The notes below the pieces were generated by a model. It had not been told where the DNA came from and ran no database searches. It saw only the letters and a program-made list of their open reading frames with translations. This document shows positions 40,501 to 52,346 of a DNA stretch of 64,000 nt, in pieces; positions within the stretch are counted from its first letter, which is position 1; each line of letters opens with the position of its first letter. Source of the stretch: Thermodesulfobacteriota bacterium (GTDB taxonomy: Bacteria; Desulfobacterota_D; UBA1144; Nemesobacterales; Nemesobacteraceae). The stretch is taken from NCBI GenBank assembly GCA_965202785.1, contig OZ241855.1, forward strand, positions 1,472,001 through 1,536,000. The letters run 5' to 3'. The translations under genes and the position numbers were made by a program.

Positions 40501-41770
40501 CATTGAGAACCAGGAAATCTCAAAGTTGATGGAAGAGAGAGAGAACGAGGTAAGTATTCTCAGGCGGGATGCGGTTGACAGAGTAAAGCATATTGTTCTC
40601 GGCAAAACTTCGCTTTCCAAAATAACGGTTAACAGAAAAACGATTCTTAAAAGCGGACAGGAAATCACAGAAGAGATTCTCGATGCTATTCCCTTAGAAA
40701 AGCTTGTCGATATGAGGATAAAGGGCTTTTCTGAAGCGGGTGAAGAACTGACTGGAATAATTGGCAGAGTCCTCAAACGCATTGATTACGTGACCGCTGC
40801 CTACGAACAGCGCATAGAAAAACTGAAAAAGCCCGATGAGTTGCCTCCCGGGGTTTTGAGAGTGGTTAAGGTCCGCATTGCTGTTAAAAGAAAGCTCCAG
40901 GTCGGCGACAAAATGGCGGGACGGCATGGCAACAAGGGTGTCGTATCGAAAATACTTCCGCAGGAAGATATGCCTTATCTTTCCGACGGGAGGCCGGTTG
41001 ATATGGTGCTTAACCCACTCGGCGTGCCTTCAAGGATGAATGTCGGCCAGATACTGGAAACCCATCTGGGATGGGGCGGCAGAGAACTGGGAAGACAGCT
41101 TAATGAGTATATTGAGCAGGAATTTAACGACGAAGCCTTGAGAGAGAAGCTTCTGGAAATATACTCGGGGTCTTCACAGACGGGCAAGTTTATTGAGTCG
41201 TTGGACAGAGAGGGTCTTGTTGAATTGGCAAGAGAGCTTAAAGACGGAGTGCCCGTGAAATCCCCGGTCTTTGACGGGGCCCACGAGGCTGAAATCGCAC
41301 GGATCCAAGAGCTTGCTGGTATCGACGAAGACGGAAAGACTATTCTTTTTGATGGTCAGACTGGTGAACCTTTTGACCAGAAAGTATGCGTTGGAATAAT
41401 GTACATGTTAAAGCTTCATCACCTTGTTGAAGAGAAAATTCATGCGAGGGCAATCGGGCCTTATTCCCTGGTAACGCAGCAACCCCTTGGTGGTAAAGCT
41501 CACTTCGGTGGACAGAGACTTGGAGAAATGGAAGTCTGGGCGCTTGAAGCCTACGGTGCAGCTTACACTCTTCAGGAATTTGTCACCATAAAATCAGACG
41601 ACGTGGCGGGACGGACGAGAATATTCGATTCGATCGTAAGAGGTGATATGAATTTTGAACCAGGTCTTCCTGAATCTTTCAAAGTTTTGCGCAAGGAACT
41701 GCAGGCATTAGGCCTTGATGTGGATCTTATTGAGGAAGAAGCGGAAATTGATCCGCTTCCAAAATATTAG
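37580..41770 (+). CDS. rpoB: RNA polymerase beta subunit
   Basis: QLSQFMDQTNPL, GDKMAGRHGNKG, GGQRLGEMEVWALEAYG; TTG start. Confidence 0.99.
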   Translation: MSIENIESQELRKDFSKIPQVLDIPHLLDVQIKSYEDFLQADIPPDERSDTGLHGAFKAVFPLEDYNGKASLEYLSYRLDEPKYDFAECRLKGYTYTAPLYVTFRLIIWDIPEGEKGQKDTERQFRDIKEQEIYFGEVQLMTPSGSFIVNGTERVIVNQLHRSPGVFFDRDKSKNQLSGKEGSFIARIVPQNGRWLDFEYDLKDMLHVRIDRKKKFHVTVLLKAMGYDEQQIMDFFYPVETFHIEPQELRKELTAEVFSVGAEGFKKETTTEIISYQKVTADINNPETGELIGRKGRRLKNLLSGFEEAGMTSIPVSDEEIMEKPSAEVVSDPETGEVVLDFNEEITEEKLNELRRVGKKTLRVYYIDKTLFVSSLRTTLLSDKVDSCEEAITEIYKKFRPTDPPSDEVARTFFENMFFTQDAYRLSKVGRIKINYKLKRKGVSDDHLTLDREDILLTVKYLLDLKGGRGSTDDIDHLGNRRVRTVGELIEDRFYHGLERLARFVKEKMGYQTIENLMPNEVLVPKTVTSVLKEFFTTGQLSQFMDQTNPLSEITHKRRLSALGPGGLTRERAGFEVRDVHSSHYGRICPIETPEGPNIGLISSLSTYAKVDESGFIRTPYRKVKDGRVTHEIVYMNALMEEDYIVAQANAPLEEDGSFKLPFVSARGNGEFMMVEREKVEFMDVSPSQLVSVSASLIPFLEHDDANRALMGSNMQRQAVPLIKSSSPLVGTGFESKVAKDSGVTVVARRDGVVESVDAVRIVVKSTERSREGGVDIYNLIKFHRSNQSSCWNQNPIVCQGQRVKKGQVIADGCSTDRGELALGQNMVVAFMPWGGYNFEDAILISERVVKDDAFTSIHIEEFECTARETKLGREDITRDIPNVSEESLRNLDESGIIMIGAEVEPGDILVGKISPKAETQLSPEERLLRAIFGDKAGDVKDSSLKVSSGVHGTVIDVETLVSRSVDKDERSKDIENQEISKLMEERENEVSILRRDAVDRVKHIVLGKTSLSKITVNRKTILKSGQEITEEILDAIPLEKLVDMRIKGFSEAGEELTGIIGRVLKRIDYVTAAYEQRIEKLKKPDELPPGVLRVVKVRIAVKRKLQVGDKMAGRHGNKGVVSKILPQEDMPYLSDGRPVDMVLNPLGVPSRMNVGQILETHLGWGGRELGRQLNEYIEQEFNDEALREKLLEIYSGSSQTGKFIESLDREGLVELARELKDGVPVKSPVFDGAHEAEIARIQELAGIDEDGKTILFDGQTGEPFDQKVCVGIMYMLKLHHLVEEKIHARAIGPYSLVTQQPLGGKAHFGGQRLGEMEVWALEAYGAAYTLQEFVTIKSDDVAGRTRIFDSIVRGDMNFEPGLPESFKVLRKELQALGLDVDLIEEEAEIDPLPKY

Positions 41771-41790
41771 TTTGGAGGGACTCATAACAC

Positions 41791-44700
41791 ATGGATATAG
41801 ACACGCTTTTTGAAAAGCCGAAAAACCCTTCCGATTACTCGACCATAAAAATTTCCATAGCTTCTCCGGAAAAAATCAGGTCATGGTCAAACGGAGAAAT
41901 AAAAAAACCTGAGACTATAAACTACAGAACCTTCAAACCCGAGAGAAACGGTCTTTTCTGTGCCAAAATATTCGGGCCCGTGAAAGATTACGAATGCACC
42001 TGCGGAAAGTACAAAAGACTTAAGCATAGGGGAGTAACGTGTGAGAAATGCGGCGTGGAAGTAATTTCCTCTAAAGTGAGAAGGGAGAGAATGGGTCATA
42101 TAGAACTCGCTTCTCCCGTTGCGCACATATGGCTTCTTCGCAGTATTCCCAGCAGAATAGGAATGCTCCTTGACATGACTTTGAAGGACTTGGAAAGAGT
42201 ACTTTACTTCGAGGCTTACATAGTTGTGGATCCGGGAATTTCCGACCTCAAGTTTGCCCAAGTAATAACCGAAGATGAGTACAGAGCCGAGCGCGAGCGC
42301 TTCGGTTCCGAATTTGTCGTCGGTATGGGGGCCGAGTCGGTACGGGAAATGCTGAAAACTATAGATTTAAACGAGCTTTCTCAGGAACTCAGGACGAGCA
42401 TGAAAGAGACCAAGTCTCCGATCAAAAAAGCCCGTATTGCAAAAAGACTGAGAATATGTGAAGCGTTTCGCAAGTCCAAAAACCGTCCGGAATGGATGAT
42501 CCTCACCACTATTCCTGTTCTGCCACCTGATCTAAGACCCCTTGTTCCTCTTGATGGAGGACGGTTTGCCGCCTCTGATCTTAACGATCTCTACAGAAGA
42601 GTGATCAACAGAAACAACAGGCTGAGAAAACTCCTTGAACTCGGCGCTCCGGACATAATAGTCAGAAACGAAAAGAGGATGCTACAGGAGTCCGTCGACG
42701 CACTTCTGGAGAACGGGAGAAGGGGAAGACCGGTTTTGGGTCACAACCACAGACCACTTAAGAGTCTGAGTGACATAATAAAAGGTAAACAAGGCAGATT
42801 CAGGCAAAATCTTCTGGGAAAAAGAGTCGATTACTCAGGCCGGTCGGTGATTACCGTAGGCCCCGATCTGCGTCTTCACCAATGCGGAATCCCCAAACAG
42901 ATGGCACTTGAGCTTTTCAGGCCCTTTATCTATCAGAAACTTGAAAGATGGGGCGAGGCCGCAACGATAAAGATAGCGAAGAAGCTGCTTGACAGCGAAG
43001 CTCCAGTTGTATGGGACGCTCTTGACGAAGTGATAAAAGAGCATCCGGTGCTTCTTAACAGAGCCCCGACTCTTCATCGTCTGAGCATACAGGCTTTCGA
43101 ACCGGTGCTTATTGAAGATAAAGCCATTCAGCTTCATCCTCTTGTATGCCCCGCCTATAACGCGGATTTTGACGGCGACCAGATGGCGGTTCACGTTCCG
43201 CTTTCAATTGAGGCCCAGACCGAATGCCGCTCGCTCGTTATGTCGACGAACAATATCCTTTCTCCCGCGCACGGAAAGCCGATAATACTTCCCACTCAGG
43301 ATATAGTCCTGGGGCTTTACTACCTCACGAGGGATACAGCTCCGGATAAAAGTTCCGAGCCGGGCCGTGTTTTTTCAGTACGCGAGGTGGTCTTTGCATA
43401 TGAACTGGGAAAGGTCGGTTTGCATGATAGCGTAACAGTGAGGATTGAAGGGCAGAACTATCTGACGACCGTCGGAAGAGTGTTGATGTACGAAGTTATT
43501 CCCCAAGGCGTTTCCTTTGAGCTTATTAACAAGCCAATGACTAAAAGAGCTATAGAGGCCCTTGTGGATGAGTGTTTCAGGAAAACCGGCGGTAAAAGCA
43601 CGGTTTTGCTGGCTGACAGCCTGAGGACTCTCGGATTCAAGTATTCGACAAAGTCCGGAGCTTCTATTTCGATCACGGACATGATTATTCCTGAATCAAA
43701 GAAGGATCTACTGGAAGATGCCCAAGAGGAAGTCTTGAAAGTGCAAGGCCAGTATTCTCAGGGGCTTATAACCGATGGAGAGAGATACAACAAGGTAATA
43801 GATATCTGGGCAAAAACAAGCGATGAAGTTGCTCAGGCAATGATGAGAAAGATTTCTTCAGAGGAAATCCAGACGGGTAAAAACACTACAGTTGCGGGAC
43901 CGAGCTCAAACCCAATATATATGATGATTGATTCTGGGGCGAGGGGAAGCCAGACGCAGGTAAGGCAGCTTGCGGGCATGAGAGGTCTTATGGCGAAGCC
44001 TTCGGGAGAAATAATAGAAACTCCTATCACATCCAATTTCCGTGAGGGGCTGTCGGTGCTCCAGTATTTTATTTCTACCCACGGTGCGAGGAAAGGGCTT
44101 GCGGATACGGCCCTGAAGACGGCAAATGCCGGTTACCTGACGCGGAGGCTGATTGATGCCGCTCAGGACGTAATGATTACTGAACTTGACTGCGGCACCA
44201 TAGAGGGAATTAAAGTAAGTGACTTGGTGGAAGGTGGAGAAATAATCGAAAAAGTGGGAGAGAGGGTGCTTGGAAGGGTGGTGCTTGAAGACATAGAAGA
44301 TCCCCAGACCGGAGAGATAATTGTTCACTCAAACGAGGAAGTCGATGAGGCCGCAGTTGCTAAAATAGATGAAGCGGGCATAAGCGAAGTGAGTATTCGC
44401 TCCGTTCTTACCTGTGAAACTAGAAGCGGTGTCTGCAGGCTCTGCTATGGAAGGAACCTTTCTACCGGAAAGCTTGTGAATATGGGCGAGGCCATAGGCA
44501 TTGTCGCAGCCCAGTCAATCGGGGAACCCGGAACTCAGCTTACCATGAGAACGTTTCATATAGGTGGTGCTGCGAGCCAGAGAGCGGCCGAGAGCACCCT
44601 TGAGAGTCAGCACGAGGGAATAGTCAGGTTCAAGAACATAAAGGCTGTCAAGGGACGTGATAACAAACTGGTTGTTATCAGCAGAAGTGGCGTGCTCTCA

Positions 44701-45936
44701 ATTGAGGACAGCAAGGGATATGAAAGGGAAAAATGTCCTGTTGTACTTGGAGCCAGGCTTAACGTAAAGGAAGGGGACAAGGTGAAGAAGGGGAAAATGC
44801 TCGCTGAGTGGGATCCTTACACTACCCCCATAATTTCGGAGGTTCCGGGTGTTGTAAAGTTCAAGGACCTTGAAGCCGGAGCCACTTACAAGGAACAGGT
44901 GGATGAAGTCACGGGTGTTCTCATGAGGGTGGTGGTTGAGACCAAGGACCTGGAAATGCATCCCACTCTGGACGTCGAGGTGAGTACAGAGGATTTAGAA
45001 TCTCTAGAAATCGGCTCTTTGTCGAAGGATAAGAAAGTACCTTACTCGCTTCCAGTAGGCGCTATAATAGAAGTTGCCGACAAAGATAATATAGAGGCGG
45101 GGGATGTGCTTGCCAAGATTCCGAGAGCGACCTCGAAGACAAAGGACATTACCGGAGGCCTTCCCAGGGTTGCTGAGCTCTTTGAAGCCAGAGTTCCTAA
45201 AGATCCGGCCGTTGTAAGCGAAATCGACGGAATCATATCTTACGGAAAGGATGTAAAGGGTAAGAAGAGAGTTGTGGTAACTCCGGAGATGGGAGAGCCT
45301 AAAGAATATACGGTTCCCAGGGGAAAACATATCTTGGTCAGGGAAGGGGAATTTGTCTCTTCCGGTGACCAGCTTGTCGACGGTGCGGTTAATCCTCACG
45401 ACATTCTGAATATCATGGGAGAAAAAGCCCTTGCCAACTATATGGTTAACGAAATTCAGGAGGTCTACAGACTTCAGGGCGTGAAGATTAACGACAAGCA
45501 TATCGAGGTTATAGTCAAGCAGATGCTGAAAAGGGTGAAGATAAAAGAGCCGGGAGACACTACAATGCTTGTCGGCGAGGCTATAGAGAAAAATGTTTTC
45601 TTTGAGGAAAACGAGAAGATTGTCGAAGAAGGTGGAACCCCGGCAGCGGCCGAGCCGCTTCTTCTGGGTATAACCCGTGCCTCGCTTAGCACACGCAGCT
45701 GGCTTTCCGCCGCGTCTTTTCAGGAAACCACCAGAGTTCTTACCGAAGCCTCCTGCGAGGGCAGGGAAGATGATCTCAGAGGGCTTAAGGAAAACGTTAT
45801 CGTGGGCAGGTTGATTCCGGCTGGCACCGGCCTTCCCATGTACAGAGACATAGGTATAGAGACCGAGGCACCGGAGATACCTGTACCCGTACCGGAAGTC
45901 GAAGAGAAGAGCGAAGACATATTGCTGGAAAGCTAA
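41791..45936 (+). CDS. rpoC: RNA polymerase beta' subunit
   Basis: NADFDGDQM catalytic motif, zinc-binding motifs, [12 protein letters not shown]. Confidence 0.99.
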   Translation: MDIDTLFEKPKNPSDYSTIKISIASPEKIRSWSNGEIKKPETINYRTFKPERNGLFCAKIFGPVKDYECTCGKYKRLKHRGVTCEKCGVEVISSKVRRERMGHIELASPVAHIWLLRSIPSRIGMLLDMTLKDLERVLYFEAYIVVDPGISDLKFAQVITEDEYRAERERFGSEFVVGMGAESVREMLKTIDLNELSQELRTSMKETKSPIKKARIAKRLRICEAFRKSKNRPEWMILTTIPVLPPDLRPLVPLDGGRFAASDLNDLYRRVINRNNRLRKLLELGAPDIIVRNEKRMLQESVDALLENGRRGRPVLGHNHRPLKSLSDIIKGKQGRFRQNLLGKRVDYSGRSVITVGPDLRLHQCGIPKQMALELFRPFIYQKLERWGEAATIKIAKKLLDSEAPVVWDALDEVIKEHPVLLNRAPTLHRLSIQAFEPVLIEDKAIQLHPLVCPAYNADFDGDQMAVHVPLSIEAQTECRSLVMSTNNILSPAHGKPIILPTQDIVLGLYYLTRDTAPDKSSEPGRVFSVREVVFAYELGKVGLHDSVTVRIEGQNYLTTVGRVLMYEVIPQGVSFELINKPMTKRAIEALVDECFRKTGGKSTVLLADSLRTLGFKYSTKSGASISITDMIIPESKKDLLEDAQEEVLKVQGQYSQGLITDGERYNKVIDIWAKTSDEVAQAMMRKISSEEIQTGKNTTVAGPSSNPIYMMIDSGARGSQTQVRQLAGMRGLMAKPSGEIIETPITSNFREGLSVLQYFISTHGARKGLADTALKTANAGYLTRRLIDAAQDVMITELDCGTIEGIKVSDLVEGGEIIEKVGERVLGRVVLEDIEDPQTGEIIVHSNEEVDEAAVAKIDEAGISEVSIRSVLTCETRSGVCRLCYGRNLSTGKLVNMGEAIGIVAAQSIGEPGTQLTMRTFHIGGAASQRAAESTLESQHEGIVRFKNIKAVKGRDNKLVVISRSGVLSIEDSKGYEREKCPVVLGARLNVKEGDKVKKGKMLAEWDPYTTPIISEVPGVVKFKDLEAGATYKEQVDEVTGVLMRVVVETKDLEMHPTLDVEVSTEDLESLEIGSLSKDKKVPYSLPVGAIIEVADKDNIEAGDVLAKIPRATSKTKDITGGLPRVAELFEARVPKDPAVVSEIDGIISYGKDVKGKKRVVVTPEMGEPKEYTVPRGKHILVREGEFVSSGDQLVDGAVNPHDILNIMGEKALANYMVNEIQEVYRLQGVKINDKHIEVIVKQMLKRVKIKEPGDTTMLVGEAIEKNVFFEENEKIVEEGGTPAAAEPLLLGITRASLSTRSWLSAASFQETTRVLTEASCEGREDDLRGLKENVIVGRLIPAGTGLPMYRDIGIETEAPEIPVPVPEVEEKSEDILLES

Positions 45937-45977
45937 TATTTCCCTTAAGGTCTATTTCTTTCTTTTGATCAGTAGCC

Positions 45978-48662
45978 ATGGAAAAAAGCTACAACCCTGC
46001 CGAGGTTGAACGGAGAATTTATGATTTCTGGATCTCATCGGGACTTCACAAATCCGAAATAAGAGACTCGGCCGAGGTTTTCTCAATTGTTATCCCCCCG
46101 CCCAACGTAACGGGATCGTTGCACATAGGTCACGCTCTTAACAACACCATCCAGGACATTCTTGTCAGGTACAAGAGAATGAATAATTTCGATGTTCTCT
46201 GGGTGCCGGGCACCGACCACGCGGGTATTGCTACTCAGATGATGGTTGAAAAAGATCTTGCCTCCGAAGGACTCACGAAGAACGATTTGGGCAGGGAAAA
46301 ATTCCTCGAACGAATCTGGCAATGGAAGGAAAGCTCCGGCAGCCGAATAACAGAACAGTTAAAAAGACTAGGAGCGCTCCCCGACTGGGAAATGGAGCGG
46401 TTCACCCTTGATGAGGGACTTTCAGAAGCGGTGAGAAAAGTTTTTGTCGATCTTTACTCCCAAGGGCTTATTTACAAGGACAAGAGACTTGTCAACTGGG
46501 ACCCCAAGCTTCGTACGGCCATATCGGATCTGGAAGTGGAGCAGAGAGAGACTCAAGGGAACTACTGGTACATAAGATATCCGATAGAGGGAGACGATGG
46601 CTTGTTTGTTACCGTAGCTACAACACGTCCTGAGACCATGCTTGGAGACACTGCAGTTGCAGTCCATCCTGAAGATCCAAGATACACTGATTTAGTGGGC
46701 AGAAATGCTGTTTTGCCTCTTGTTGGAAGAAAGATCCCGGTAATAGCTGATGAGTACAGCGATCCAGAGAAGGGTACGGGAGCCGTAAAGATAACTCCGG
46801 GACATGATTTTAACGATTTTGAAGTCGGAAAGCGTAACGGTCTTGATATATTAAACATTCTTGACGAACAGGCACATATAACAGGCGATGTTCCTGAAAA
46901 ATACGTGGGACTTGAAAGATTTGAGGCTAGAAAAGCCGTAATCCAGGATCTTGAGGGAGGGGATTTTCTGGTAAAAGTTGAGCAGACCGCCCACACGGTT
47001 CCCTACGGCGACCGCTCCGGGGTGGTCGTAGAGCCTTGGTTGACCGACCAGTGGTACGTAAACACGGAAGAACTTGCCGCCCAAGCCATTTCATACGTAG
47101 AACGCAAAGAAATACGTTTTTATCCGGAGTTCTGGGAAAACACTTATTTTGAATGGATGAGAAATATAGAACCTTGGTGTATCTCGAGACAGCTTTGGTG
47201 GGGTCACCGGATACCCGCATGGTATGGACCTGACGGGGAAGTTTTCGTTGCCATGAATGAGCACGAAGCTGCCGCTTCCGCGAAGAAGCATTATGGTGAA
47301 GAGGTCAAACTTGTTAGGGACCCGGATGTACTGGATACGTGGTTTTCTTCCGGACTCTGGCCCTTCTCAACCCTTGGATGGCCAGCGGAGACCGAAGCGC
47401 TCAGGCATTACTATCCTACATCATGTCTGGTTACCGGATTTGACATTATTTTCTTCTGGGTCGCAAGAATGATAATGCTGGGGCTTAAGTTCAAGAAGGA
47501 TGTGCCTTTTAGGGATGTTTATGTACATGGTCTCATAAGGGATGCAAAAGGCCGCAAAATGAGCAAGACGACGGGCAACGTAATTGATCCTATTGACGTG
47601 ATCGAAAAATACGGTGCCGACGCGCTTCGTTTCTCGCTCGCGGCGCTTGCCGCCCAAGGGAGGGATATAAAGCTTACCTTTCCTGTTATCGAGGGATACA
47701 GGAACTTCATGAACAAGATATGGAATGCCACAAGATTTGTGTTTATGAACCTTAAACCAGAGATGATTCACGACTCTGACCTCGACAACTCTTCCCTAAG
47801 TGTCCCTGACCGATGGATTCTCAGCAGGCTCAACTTCACCCTCAGCGAAGTTGAAGAATTCATTGAAAACTACGAATTCGACAAGGCTTCCCAGGCGCTT
47901 TATCACTTCATATGGGATGATTACTGCGATTGGTATCTTGAAATATCCAAGTTTTCGCTTTATGGGGAGGATGAAGAGTCTAAAAAGACCACTCTTAACG
48001 TGCTCGTGCGGGTTCTGGTCCGTTTCCTGCGAGCACTCCATCCTTTTGCGCCCTATATTACAGAGGAAATATTCCGAATATTCAGGGAAAAGGGGATAAA
48101 TCTTCTTAAAGAAGAAGGTCTTGATTCAAAGAGCATTCTTGAAGCCCAGTATCCGAAACCGAACGAAAGCGAGATATTCAGGGAAGAGTCAGAGCAGGTT
48201 GAGCTTATAAAAAGTGTTGTAGCTGGAATAAGAAACCTGCGGGCGATTGTGGGGATTCATCCTTCGGAGAAGGTCTCAATTCATCTTAATTCCGAAAGTA
48301 ACGAGGCAGGGGATATTTTAAGGCAGAACCTTGAAATCATCCTGGGCATGGCTTCTCTTGGGGATTGCGTTATTTGCGGAGGGGCTGTTCGGGGTAAAGC
48401 AGTCTCGGAAGTTGTTTCGGGGGTAGAAATAATTATGCCGGTTGAGAACCTGCTTGATCTCGAGAAGGAAATCTCCAGATTGAGCAAGGACCTGGCAAAA
48501 GTTTCACAGGAACTTAAAAAAACCGAGGGTAAACTTGCAAACAGGGATTTCATCAAACGTGCTCCCGAAGATGTTGTGGAGAAGGAAAGGGGAAAACTGG
48601 ATGAATTTCAAAGCCACAAGAAAAAGCTTGAGGAGATTCTCGGGAAACTTTCGGCTGTATAG
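45978..48662 (+). CDS. valS: Valine--tRNA ligase
   Basis: PPPNVTGSLHIGH, WCISRQLWWGHRIP, KMSKT, C-terminal coiled coil. Confidence 0.98.
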   Translation: MEKSYNPAEVERRIYDFWISSGLHKSEIRDSAEVFSIVIPPPNVTGSLHIGHALNNTIQDILVRYKRMNNFDVLWVPGTDHAGIATQMMVEKDLASEGLTKNDLGREKFLERIWQWKESSGSRITEQLKRLGALPDWEMERFTLDEGLSEAVRKVFVDLYSQGLIYKDKRLVNWDPKLRTAISDLEVEQRETQGNYWYIRYPIEGDDGLFVTVATTRPETMLGDTAVAVHPEDPRYTDLVGRNAVLPLVGRKIPVIADEYSDPEKGTGAVKITPGHDFNDFEVGKRNGLDILNILDEQAHITGDVPEKYVGLERFEARKAVIQDLEGGDFLVKVEQTAHTVPYGDRSGVVVEPWLTDQWYVNTEELAAQAISYVERKEIRFYPEFWENTYFEWMRNIEPWCISRQLWWGHRIPAWYGPDGEVFVAMNEHEAAASAKKHYGEEVKLVRDPDVLDTWFSSGLWPFSTLGWPAETEALRHYYPTSCLVTGFDIIFFWVARMIMLGLKFKKDVPFRDVYVHGLIRDAKGRKMSKTTGNVIDPIDVIEKYGADALRFSLAALAAQGRDIKLTFPVIEGYRNFMNKIWNATRFVFMNLKPEMIHDSDLDNSSLSVPDRWILSRLNFTLSEVEEFIENYEFDKASQALYHFIWDDYCDWYLEISKFSLYGEDEESKKTTLNVLVRVLVRFLRALHPFAPYITEEIFRIFREKGINLLKEEGLDSKSILEAQYPKPNESEIFREESEQVELIKSVVAGIRNLRAIVGIHPSEKVSIHLNSESNEAGDILRQNLEIILGMASLGDCVICGGAVRGKAVSEVVSGVEIIMPVENLLDLEKEISRLSKDLAKVSQELKKTEGKLANRDFIKRAPEDVVEKERGKLDEFQSHKKKLEEILGKLSAV

Positions 48663-48696
48663 CCAGAACTCTTGATTTCAGTACGGTCTGACGGGA

Positions 48697-50109
48697 CTAA
48701 AAAAGGTCCATTTGTTGATGCGACACTTTCTCGTCTGTTATTTCCACCGGATAATTTCCGTCAAAACACGCAAAACAGTAGCTCGATTTTCCGCTAAAGG
48801 ACTTGTCACCATTGGTTACCGCTTTTGCTATCCCCTCCGTGCTTAGGTATCCCAGAGTATCGGAAGTTATGTAGTCCTTTATTTTTTCTACTTCAAGAGA
48901 ATGAGCTATGAGTTCTTCTTTGAGAGGAGTATCTATGCCGTAGTAGCATGAGAACTTCATCGGGGGTGAACTTATTCTCATGTGAACTTCCTTGGCTCCG
49001 GCATCGCGTATCATCTTGACGATTTTTCTGCTGGTTGTCCCTCTTACTATGGAGTCGTCAACCACTACTACTTTTTTCCCGTCTATGACCTCTTTTATCA
49101 CGCTGAGTTTCAGTTTCACTCCGAAGTTTCTTATTGATTGTTGGGGTTCAATAAAGGTTCTTCCGATATAGTGGCTTCGCAGGAAGCCGGTTTCAAAAGG
49201 GATTCCCAGCTGCTCGGCGTATCCCATAGCTGCCGGCGTTCCCGAATCTGGTACGGCCACGACGATATCCGCGTCGGCCGGAGATTCGATCGCGAGCTGT
49301 TTCCCCATGTTTTTTCTCATCTGGTAAATGTTCTTTCCTTGGAGAAACGAATCGGGTCTCGAGAAATATATGTTTTCAAACACGCAGTATTTATGCTGTT
49401 TTTTCGGAAGCGGATTGAATGACCTGATTCCTTTCTCATTTATGAATATTATTTCCCCTGGCTCTACTTCCCTTAAATAATCGGCTCCTATTAGCTCAAA
49501 AGCACATGACTCGGAGGCCACAACGTAAGAATTATCAATCTTTCCGAGAACAAGAGGCCTGAATCCGTGGGGATCACGTGCAGCTACTAGCCCTTTGGGG
49601 GTAAGAAACAAAAGACAATAAGCCCCTTTGCATTCAGTAAGGGCTTCTATGATTCTTCCCAAGAAGGTTTTTTCCTTTGATCTCGCTATGAGGTGTACAA
49701 TTACCTCGGTATCTGTTGTTGACTGGAATATGGAACCTTCCTTCTCAAGCTTGTGTCTCAGCACTCTCGCATTTGTAAGATTGCCATTGTGCCCAACCGC
49801 TAACTCTCCTTTTTCGTAATTCATAATCAGAGGCTGGGTATTTTTATTGTTGCTTGAGCCTGTTGTGGAGTACCTTACGTGGCCGATTGCGGTAGTGCCT
49901 TTAAGCTTCAATATGGACTCTTCTTCAAAAACTTCGGTTACGAGTCCCATCTCCCGGTGGGAGTAAAGCTTCTCGCCATCGGTTGACACTATGCCAGCGC
50001 TTTCCTGACCTCTGTGTTGAAGAGAATAGAGGCCGAGATAGGTAAAGTTGGCGGCGGCTGGATGATCATATATTCCAAAGACTCCGCACTCTTCGCGTAG
50101 CTTTGCCAT
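48697..50109 (-). CDS. purF: Amidophosphoribosyltransferase (propeptide, Fe-S type)
   Basis: MAKLREE-CGVFG, QHRGQESAG, VDDSIVRGTT, CVFE/CYYG/CFAC. Confidence 0.97.
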   Translation of the reverse strand: MAKLREECGVFGIYDHPAAANFTYLGLYSLQHRGQESAGIVSTDGEKLYSHREMGLVTEVFEEESILKLKGTTAIGHVRYSTTGSSNNKNTQPLIMNYEKGELAVGHNGNLTNARVLRHKLEKEGSIFQSTTDTEVIVHLIARSKEKTFLGRIIEALTECKGAYCLLFLTPKGLVAARDPHGFRPLVLGKIDNSYVVASESCAFELIGADYLREVEPGEIIFINEKGIRSFNPLPKKQHKYCVFENIYFSRPDSFLQGKNIYQMRKNMGKQLAIESPADADIVVAVPDSGTPAAMGYAEQLGIPFETGFLRSHYIGRTFIEPQQSIRNFGVKLKLSVIKEVIDGKKVVVVDDSIVRGTTSRKIVKMIRDAGAKEVHMRISSPPMKFSCYYGIDTPLKEELIAHSLEVEKIKDYITSDTLGYLSTEGIAKAVTNGDKSFSGKSSYCFACFDGNYPVEITDEKVSHQQMDLF

Positions 50110-50111
50110 TG

Positions 50112-52346
50112 TCACCCCTCTGAGACCGAAAGGCTTCTCCGAAAGCCCATAGACCATGCATCGTGAACTGCTGAGATTCTCATGTCGATTAAATCTTCAA
50201 CGCAGAACCTGTCGTTATCAATGACTACTCCGGCACGCAGCACGGGAACGCCGTAATTGTTCGCCATCTCTTTTATTTTCTCCCAATTGTTTTCGTTTAT
50301 GCTAGCTATTACTCTGGATTGCGTTTCGGAGAAAAGAAACAGGTCGCTTCTAAGAGAGTTTTCATTTATGTCGGGCGCTTTTACCACGACCCCCCTTGTG
50401 CCATCTGGACTAAAGCAACATTCCGCGAGCGCTACAGCAAAGCCGCCCTCAGATATGTCGTGCGCCGACTTAAGTATACTTTGAGAAGCGCATGCAATCA
50501 ACATTTCGGCAAGCTTTTTCTCTTTATCAAGATCAATTGAAGGTGGTTTCCCGTCAATCAAGCCGTGTTGGATCTTGAGGTACTCGCTTCCTCCTATATC
50601 TTCTTCTATCGCTCCTCCGAGTAATATCACTAGATCTCCAGGATCTTGAAACCAAGAAGTGACGATTTTGGCGGTATCTTTTATTAGGCCTACCATTACC
50701 ACAGTCGGGGTAGGGAATATTGCGATACCCTCGGTTTCGTTGTAAAGACTGACGTTGCCGCTTACAACCGGCGTGTTGAATGTTCTCGCAGCTTCCGACA
50801 TGCCTTCAACGCTTTCTGAGAACTGCCACATTATCTCGGGGTTTTCAGGATTTCCAAAATTAAGGCAATCGGTGATTGCAAGGGGAGAAGCGCCACAGCA
50901 GGCCAGATTTCTGACGCTTTCCGCAACAGCTATTTTACTTCCCTCACGGGGATTTAAATAGCAATATCTAGAATTCACATTAGATGTCATTGCGATCCCT
51001 TTTTGAGTGCCCTTGAGTCTTATTATTGCGGAATCCGCTCCTGGTCCCAAAACGGTGTCGGTTCTTACCATGTGGTCATACTGCTCGTAAACCCATTTCT
51101 TGCTTGATACAGTCGGAGAAGACAGAATTTCGAGGAAAACTCTTTGAATGCCTTGAGGTTCAGGGAGATTTTCCGAATCCAGCCTTTTTATTTTCTTGAG
51201 GTAATCGGGTTTTTTTACGGGTCTTTTGTAAGTTGGTGCGCCCGAGGTTATGAGGTCCACGGGCAGATCCGCAACTGTGGTTTCTTCTTCTACAATGGTC
51301 AATCTTCCCGAATTGGTCACCTTGCCGATAATCGAGAAGTCAAGGTTCCACTTGCTGAAAATATCTCGGGCTGTATCTTCCTTGCCCTTTTCCAAGACTA
51401 CAAGCATTCTTTCTTGCGATTCAGAAAGCATTACTTCATAAGGAGTCATTCTTTCTTCTCGTCTGGGAACTCTGCCAATTTCAATCTCAAGTCCGGTTCC
51501 CGCACGATCAGCCATCTCTGTTGAAGAGGATGTAAGGCCTGCAGCTCCCATGTCCTGTATGCCGACAACACAATCAGTTTTAAACAGCTCTAAACAGGCT
51601 TCAAGAAGAAGTTTTTCCGTAAACGGGTCTCCCACCTGTACCGCGGGCCTTTTCTCTTCGGTTTCCTCCGTAAAGGTATCCGATGCCATGATGGCTCCCT
51701 GTATTCCGTCTCTTCCGGTCTTTGATCCGACGTATATTACGGGATTTCCCTCGCCCGACGCATATCCACGGAAAACATTATCTTTTTTGGTGACTCCGAG
51801 GGCGAAGGCGTTTACCAAGGGGTTTCCATTGTAGCAATCGTCAAAATATATCTCTCCTCCTATCGTGGGAATACCCATGCAGTTTCCATAGCCGGCTATT
51901 CCCGATACGACTCCTTCAACCAGAAATTTTGTTTTCTGAAGATGTGGATTTCCGAATCGAAGAGAGTTTAAAAGCGCCACGGGTCTTGCTCCCATGGTGA
52001 ATATGTCCCGGAGTATCCCCCCGACTCCAGTCGCGGCGCCTTGGTAAGGCTCTATGAAGGAGGGATGATTGTGGCTTTCCATTTTAAAAACGACGCAGTC
52101 GCCGTCCCCTATATCCACTACTCCGGCGTTTTCTCCAGGGCCCTGTATGACCTGTTTTCCCTCTGTGGGAAATTTTCTAAGGTGCACCTTGGAGCTTTTA
52201 TAGGAGCAGTGTTCAGACCACATAGCTCCCAGAATTCCAATTTCTGTTGAGTTTGGCTCTCTGCCCAAAGTCTCGATTATCTTTTCGTATTCGCTTTCAG
52301 TGAGACCGTGGTCCAAGGCAAACTGCAGAGATTTTCTATCCTTCAT
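50112..52346 (-). CDS. purL: Phosphoribosylformylglycinamidine synthase, small PurL
   Basis: [40 protein letters not shown]. Confidence 0.97.
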   Translation of the reverse strand: MKDRKSLQFALDHGLTESEYEKIIETLGREPNSTEIGILGAMWSEHCSYKSSKVHLRKFPTEGKQVIQGPGENAGVVDIGDGDCVVFKMESHNHPSFIEPYQGAATGVGGILRDIFTMGARPVALLNSLRFGNPHLQKTKFLVEGVVSGIAGYGNCMGIPTIGGEIYFDDCYNGNPLVNAFALGVTKKDNVFRGYASGEGNPVIYVGSKTGRDGIQGAIMASDTFTEETEEKRPAVQVGDPFTEKLLLEACLELFKTDCVVGIQDMGAAGLTSSSTEMADRAGTGLEIEIGRVPRREERMTPYEVMLSESQERMLVVLEKGKEDTARDIFSKWNLDFSIIGKVTNSGRLTIVEEETTVADLPVDLITSGAPTYKRPVKKPDYLKKIKRLDSENLPEPQGIQRVFLEILSSPTVSSKKWVYEQYDHMVRTDTVLGPGADSAIIRLKGTQKGIAMTSNVNSRYCYLNPREGSKIAVAESVRNLACCGASPLAITDCLNFGNPENPEIMWQFSESVEGMSEAARTFNTPVVSGNVSLYNETEGIAIFPTPTVVMVGLIKDTAKIVTSWFQDPGDLVILLGGAIEEDIGGSEYLKIQHGLIDGKPPSIDLDKEKKLAEMLIACASQSILKSAHDISEGGFAVALAECCFSPDGTRGVVVKAPDINENSLRSDLFLFSETQSRVIASINENNWEKIKEMANNYGVPVLRAGVVIDNDRFCVEDLIDMRISAVHDAWSMGFRRSLSVSEG

